Source: Candidatus Omnitrophota bacterium
Lineage (GTDB): Bacteria; Omnitrophota; Gorgyraeia; Duberdicusellales; 4484-171
Direction of reading: 5' to 3'
Assembly: GCA_021735655.1 (NCBI GenBank)
Contig: JAIPGM010000006.1
Span: forward strand, 36,491-100,490
Length of the DNA: 64,000 nucleotides
Of this stretch, positions 59,272 to 64,000 are shown in pieces. The notes beneath the pieces were generated by a model that worked only from the letters and a program-made list of their open reading frames with translations, had not been told where the DNA came from and searched no databases. The position numbers and the translations under genes were made by a program. Each line of letters starts with the position of its first letter. Positions within the stretch are counted from its first letter, which is position 1.

Positions 59272-59293
59272 TCAAAGAAACCTTGCTTATTTC

Positions 59294-60203
59294 TTATTGC
59301 AGTTTAGAAGTTTTTAAAATGCTTTCAACGTCTTTCAACCAGTCTAAGGTATAACCGCCAAACAATTCGCTTAATTTTTTAATTTGATAGTGATATTTTT
59401 TAGCCAAATACACAGCTATTTCTTCTGGGATAGGCGCCTCTGGAGTAGGGCCAACTTTTTCCTGAAAACCCTCCGGTAAAAATTTCCTATCTGCGTTTAC
59501 CCCCAAAAAATTTATACAGCCGCAACAAAATACCTTCCGGATCTCTTACTATCTCGTCAAAAAATCCTATAAAAATCTGCTCTTTAGAAAAATTAGCTTG
59601 CCAATTATCAATCACTTGCAAATACTCTGACACAATCTTGACGCTACCTTTTTCGATCATTCCAACCAGCTCACCTTGGGAATAGGTATTAACTCGGCGC
59701 CTGGCTTCCCTAGCTAAATGTTTAAGGTTTGACCATGTTCTATTGATAGGATTACGCAGAATATAGATAATCTTGACTTTCGGCATGATCTTGCTAATAC
59801 GTTTAATCTCTTCAGGCTTGAGATTTGCATAGGTTGGACTGGCTTCACCGGTCACCTTTCCCTTGCCAAACTCAAATAAACTAGCGCACCATTCGTCGTC
59901 ATATTTTCCAAAAAAATATCGGAAATCCCAAAGCATACTTTCCCAAGAAAACCAACCTATATTTCCCTTAATTCTCTGTATGAGGAGTTTTCTTAAGGCT
60001 TTACTTAATCTATCTGTACCAATAAACCTAGCAAGAAACCTACCGCGGACTGATCGACAAATAGGTTGATAAAATTCCGCCCGATTAAAATAATGAAGTT
60101 CTTTTAGCGGCGGCATCCAAATATCGGGGTGTTGCTTTAAATTTCTCCTTAACCAAGAGGTCCCCGACTTCATTGCTCCAATTACTAAAAAATCTGGAAA
60201 CAT
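59294..60203 (-). pseudogene. Sulfotransferase split by a frameshift at a C5A6 homopolymer (59500-59510). It may be a sequencing error.
   Basis: The 238-aa ORF (MFPDFLVIGAMKSGTSWLRRNL, 5'-PSB-like) ends at 59487. A 70-aa ORF in another frame (59294..59506) overlaps it by 20 nt across CCCCCAAAAAA. Joined, they give about 300 aa. Confidence 0.55.
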
Positions 60204-60512
60204 CTAGCACCCCTTTATCTTATCTTCTTGGTTGCTATATTTCTTTCGACAATAAATAAGATACAAATTCCTTATATAAATTAAAACTCCACAGGATTGT
60301 CCAGCAATAAAAACTGGATCCCGTCGATAAATAGCATAAAGAAGTAAAATAAACCCTCCGGCGATGCTACAATACCAAAAAGCAACCGGGATAACACTTT
60401 GTTTTTTACGCTCTGAAGCCAACCATTGGATAAAGAATCTCATAAAAAAAAGAAACTGGCCTAAAAGACCCACGGCAATCCAAACGGTTTCAGCGCTGGT
60501 ATTTAACTTCAT
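60204..60512 (-). CDS. Lipid-A-disaccharide-synthase N-terminal-like (LAB_N) small membrane protein.
   Basis: 102 aa, 3 TM helices. Typically paired with polyprenol-phosphate GT2 enzymes. Confidence 0.55.
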   Translation of the reverse strand: MKLNTSAETVWIAVGLLGQFLFFMRFFIQWLASERKKQSVIPVAFWYCSIAGGFILLLYAIYRRDPVFIAGQSCGVLIYIRNLYLIYCRKKYSNQEDKIKGC

Positions 60513-61197
60513 ATTTAATCAACCTTTTTTTAAACCAAACAACACCCCAAAGATCAAAAATCCCCGAAAGCATTCTCTTAGTTGTGCTATACTTTGAAAC
60601 TCCAAACAACCGGCCTCGATGGTTAACCGCAACTTCTTTTATTGAAAATCCTTTACTCCGAACTAAAAGATTAAAAAATCTATGAAAATGATCAAATAAA
60701 GGTAAGCTGTTTAATATTTCTTTTTTAAATAGGCGCAGGGAGCAACCAGTGTCTTGACTAATATCGCCAAGGGTTAACCAGCGAAAAAATTTAGCTACCG
60801 AAGAAGCTATTTTTCGATTAAAACTATCCTGTCGATTTTTGCGTACCCCGGTAACAAAATCAAATTTGTCTTTAAACTCTATCAGCTTAACAATCTCACT
60901 AGGCGGGTTCTGCCCATCAGAGTCCAAAGTTATAATCCATTCACCGCGCGAAACATTAAAACCGGCAGCTAAGGCCGCAGACTGACCCCGATTTTTATTA
61001 AACGAAACTACTCTTATTCGTTCATATTGTTCAGCTAAACCTTTTAAGACTTCTAACGATGAGTCAGAACTGGCATCGTCCACGTAGACAATTTCATACT
61101 CACAACGCATCTGCTGCATAACTTCTTGAAGCTCTTTTTGCAATGGCGATAAACTTTCAGCTTCGTTTAGCACTGGAATAACTACTGAAAACTCCAT
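60490..61197 (-). CDS. Family 2 glycosyltransferase (polyprenol-phosphate sugar synthase-like).
   Basis: FSVVIPVLNEAESL...VYVDDASSDSS is a GT-A signature. Confidence 0.8.
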   Translation of the reverse strand: MEFSVVIPVLNEAESLSPLQKELQEVMQQMRCEYEIVYVDDASSDSSLEVLKGLAEQYERIRVVSFNKNRGQSAALAAGFNVSRGEWIITLDSDGQNPPSEIVKLIEFKDKFDFVTGVRKNRQDSFNRKIASSVAKFFRWLTLGDISQDTGCSLRLFKKEILNSLPLFDHFHRFFNLLVRSKGFSIKEVAVNHRGRLFGVSKYSTTKRMLSGIFDLWGVVWFKKRLIKYEVKYQR

Positions 61198-62685
61198 CTA
61201 TTCGCTCGACTCCCTTTTATCAACAACCATTAAGTAAATTTCATAATACTCATCTTTGGAGTATTTATATAAAGCCTTCTTGGCTATATTGGTGCGCTTG
61301 GCCTCTACGTTGTGGCGAGGCAGAATTTTCCCTAATTCATCCGGCACATCATACCACCAAACATCGCCCCAGATAAGCAGTATTTTATCAAAGTTCTCAG
61401 AAACCTCAAAAGGAATCCGATGAGTTAAAACCAGAGAATCCTTAAATTGTAACTTAATATCAGCAGCAACTGAGGTGTCCGGTGAAAGAACCAAACCTCT
61501 ATCAAAACCTTCTGCCCTTATTTCTTTAGATAGTTCAGCGATTGGATAATGCAAACGTTTATAACCAAAGGTATCCGGAAACAACACGCAAATAGTAAGC
61601 ATAAAGATCAACATGAAAGCAGAAAAAATAATCAACCAGCTGTAAACTTTAACCCGTAATTTAGAGACCACCTTGCCTTTAAGGCGCGAAAAAAGATAGG
61701 TCGGGAAAAGAAAAAATATTAACTGAAGCCACCTCTCTTCAAAATCAACTATTTTAAAAATCAAAACCCAAAGAACAGTAATCACAATCGCTGAAATGAA
61801 AAAACGCTCAAGCAGTTGTTTAAATTGGTTCTCAGCTAAATTAAGCAACCGGTTTTTTGTAAAGGCCTTCGGAAAAAATATTACAAAGATTACACAAAAT
61901 GGACCAAGAATAGCTAATAGACAGATCAATAAATCCAAAAGCCCTTTTGTTTTCTCGACATCAATTTGCATCTCAGTTAAGCGTAAAGTCGCTTGCTGAA
62001 AATTTAAAGCAACCCAAGCAAAGTGCCCAGCCGAAATGCAAACAGGTATAATCAAAACTAAAAGCATTCTTTTATCTAAAATAGTTTTTCTAAACCCTTT
62101 TAAACTAAAAGCACTAAATAAAAGAGCTAAAATAAAAATTAAGTAATTATATTTAGACAAAATACCTAATCCTACGCAAACCGCAAGTACCAAATAGTGT
62201 TTTGTTGCTCTGGTTTCAACCAGTCTCAAAAAAATGAAAAAAGTTATTGAGCACAAGCTTAAAGCAAGAATAGCATGGGTAAGTTGATGCATTGATTGCC
62301 AACCATAAGTATAGGTAACTAGAAGAGCTGAGGAAGCTAAGATTGCTCGTAAATTATCTTTTAAGATAATCTGCGCGCTTTTGTATAAGAAAAAATAGAT
62401 TAGAACAAACAGGCTATTCTTAAATATAGCTAAAGAAAATATATTCAGCCCAAAAATAGAAAAGAATACCTTTTGAACCCATTCATAAAGTGGTGGCTGC
62501 GACCCATAGCCAAAACTTAACTGCTGTGAAAAAAGAATCTGTTCGGCCTCATCAAACTCTAGAGAGTTAGAAATAAAAACTCTAACTAAGGTATGCAGCA
62601 AAAAGTACCCAATCAGCACAAAAAGGAACTTTCTTTCAGTCTTTAAACCTGTCCACCAACTCTTAATTCTAATCATGGCTTCCAT
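61198..62685 (-). CDS. ArnT/PMT-like (GT39/GT83) membrane glycosyltransferase.
   Basis: 495 aa with 10 or more TM helices. N-terminal loop FDEAEQILFSQQLSFGY is a DE-type motif. Confidence 0.6.
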   Translation of the reverse strand: MEAMIRIKSWWTGLKTERKFLFVLIGYFLLHTLVRVFISNSLEFDEAEQILFSQQLSFGYGSQPPLYEWVQKVFFSIFGLNIFSLAIFKNSLFVLIYFFLYKSAQIILKDNLRAILASSALLVTYTYGWQSMHQLTHAILALSLCSITFFIFLRLVETRATKHYLVLAVCVGLGILSKYNYLIFILALLFSAFSLKGFRKTILDKRMLLVLIIPVCISAGHFAWVALNFQQATLRLTEMQIDVEKTKGLLDLLICLLAILGPFCVIFVIFFPKAFTKNRLLNLAENQFKQLLERFFISAIVITVLWVLIFKIVDFEERWLQLIFFLFPTYLFSRLKGKVVSKLRVKVYSWLIIFSAFMLIFMLTICVLFPDTFGYKRLHYPIAELSKEIRAEGFDRGLVLSPDTSVAADIKLQFKDSLVLTHRIPFEVSENFDKILLIWGDVWWYDVPDELGKILPRHNVEAKRTNIAKKALYKYSKDEYYEIYLMVVDKRESSE

Positions 62686-62694
62686 AAAGTTTAA

Positions 62695-63495
62695 TCATTT
62701 CTGACATTTAGAACAAAAACAGGTCCCTCTCCCGGCAAGGCATATTTTCTTAATCGGAGTCTTGCAAACCAAGCAAGGCTGGCCCTTGCGCCCATAGACC
62801 TTAAGCCGCTTCTCCATACCGCCTTTATCTCCACTTAGATCTCGATAGGAGTCTACCGAAGACCCCTTGTACTTTATCCCTTCCTTTAACACTGAAATTA
62901 TTTTTTCACCGAGAACTTTCACCTCCTTAGCTTTTAAACTACTGGCTGACCGCTGAGGGTCTATTTTTGCTAAAAATAAAGCCTCCTGAGCATAAATATT
63001 GCCAATGCCGGCAATCACTGTTTGATCTAGAAGTAATGATTTAATTTTTGTTTTCTTTTTCCTAAAAATCTCCTGAAACTGCTCCGAGCTCAAGACAAAC
63101 GGCTCTGGCCCCAAACTTTTTATAAATGGCAACTCGCGCCAATCCTTAAGCAGCTTCAGCTGTCCCAAGACTCTTTGATCCATATAGTTTAAAAACTTCC
63201 CATCCGAAAGCTTAAAACTAACCCGCGCCTTTTCCTGCTCCGGGCCATAAATAAGCCAGCCAGCAATACGCAGATGAATAACTAAAAACTTATCTTTCCG
63301 AAATTCTATTATTAATAATTTGCCACGGCGAATTATTTTCTTAACTGATTCACCAACGATACCTTTTTTGAACTTTGCAGGGGTTGGCTCTTTGATGACT
63401 GACTTTTTTCTTACCTTTACCGCAACAATTGTTTTATTAAGAATAGTTTTAGTTAGGTCTTTTTTGATGGTTTCAACTTCTGGTAATTCAGGCAT
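62695..63495 (-). CDS. mutM: Formamidopyrimidine-DNA glycosylase.
   Basis: MPELPEVE N-terminus, H2TH domain, and a C-terminal zinc finger CLVCKTPIKKICLAGRGTCFCSKCQ. Confidence 0.9.
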   Translation of the reverse strand: MPELPEVETIKKDLTKTILNKTIVAVKVRKKSVIKEPTPAKFKKGIVGESVKKIIRRGKLLIIEFRKDKFLVIHLRIAGWLIYGPEQEKARVSFKLSDGKFLNYMDQRVLGQLKLLKDWRELPFIKSLGPEPFVLSSEQFQEIFRKKKTKIKSLLLDQTVIAGIGNIYAQEALFLAKIDPQRSASSLKAKEVKVLGEKIISVLKEGIKYKGSSVDSYRDLSGDKGGMEKRLKVYGRKGQPCLVCKTPIKKICLAGRGTCFCSKCQK

Positions 63496-64000
63496 GGCAA
63501 TCCTCCATAAATAACCCTACTTACTTCAGGCAATACTTTTATGCCCCGGCACTTCCTATATTTGTCTTATATTAACACTATCCATCAATAAATGGTATAA
63601 AAATCTGATTTTCGATTCCATCACTGCCCTACCAAAATGTTTTTAATACAATAAAACCAACTTTGAACTCGCTTGAAAGTGCAACATTAACGATTCGCAA
63701 GTACGCTAGACACAAACAGGAGCAATTTCGACAGATAATGCAATAGATTTTCGTAGGTAAAAAACTATTTTACGTTTGTTATCTAGCGAAAACTGATCTT
63801 TTAATCAACATGCCCTAAGGCTTGAATATGCCTGGAATAATTCACTAAAATGAGTTAAAATAAATAAGGAGATGATACGATAATTGTTCAATGATAGTTG
63901 GTGAAAACTCTGGATTATCAGTAGAATAAATAGATAGTCACAGAGTAGATAGGTTATAGGTTGTATTGTTTTTCTGGGGCTTAATTGACCCCGTAAAGGA

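Overview
This looks like a low-GC bacterial chromosomal segment; I could not identify the organism. The left ~8 kb is an accessory region that I read as an integron. It has a partial IntI-type tyrosine recombinase on the minus strand (1..1209, C-terminus cut by the window edge) and an AT-rich attI/Pc region. After that come nine plus-strand gene cassettes, each followed by a 73-175 nt attC-like imperfect inverted repeat. Each repeat has a conserved flank ending in YnTAAC, a variable GC-rich hairpin core, and a conserved flank with GTTAKRN, ending at 8085. Cassette products are mostly small secreted or membrane proteins. They include two MORN-variant (YwqK-like) repeat proteins and a signal peptidase I with a TM2-like N-terminal domain. 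The remaining ~56 kb is mostly minus-strand core genome: era, gatCAB, rpoD, dnaG, tsaD, rarA, pheST, rplT-rpmI-infC-thrS, a 7-gene V-type ATPase operon, pyrK/D/F and mutM. It also holds a FIST / histidine kinase / receiver-GGDEF signalling module, a PilZ-glycosidase-like fusion, a bactofilin-HTH fusion and two tRNAs (Leu-GAG on +, Val-TAC on -). Near the right end are sulfotransferases, one of them frameshifted, beside a GT2/GT39 glycosylation cluster. All calls come from reading the translations and the sequence by eye; no database search was possible.
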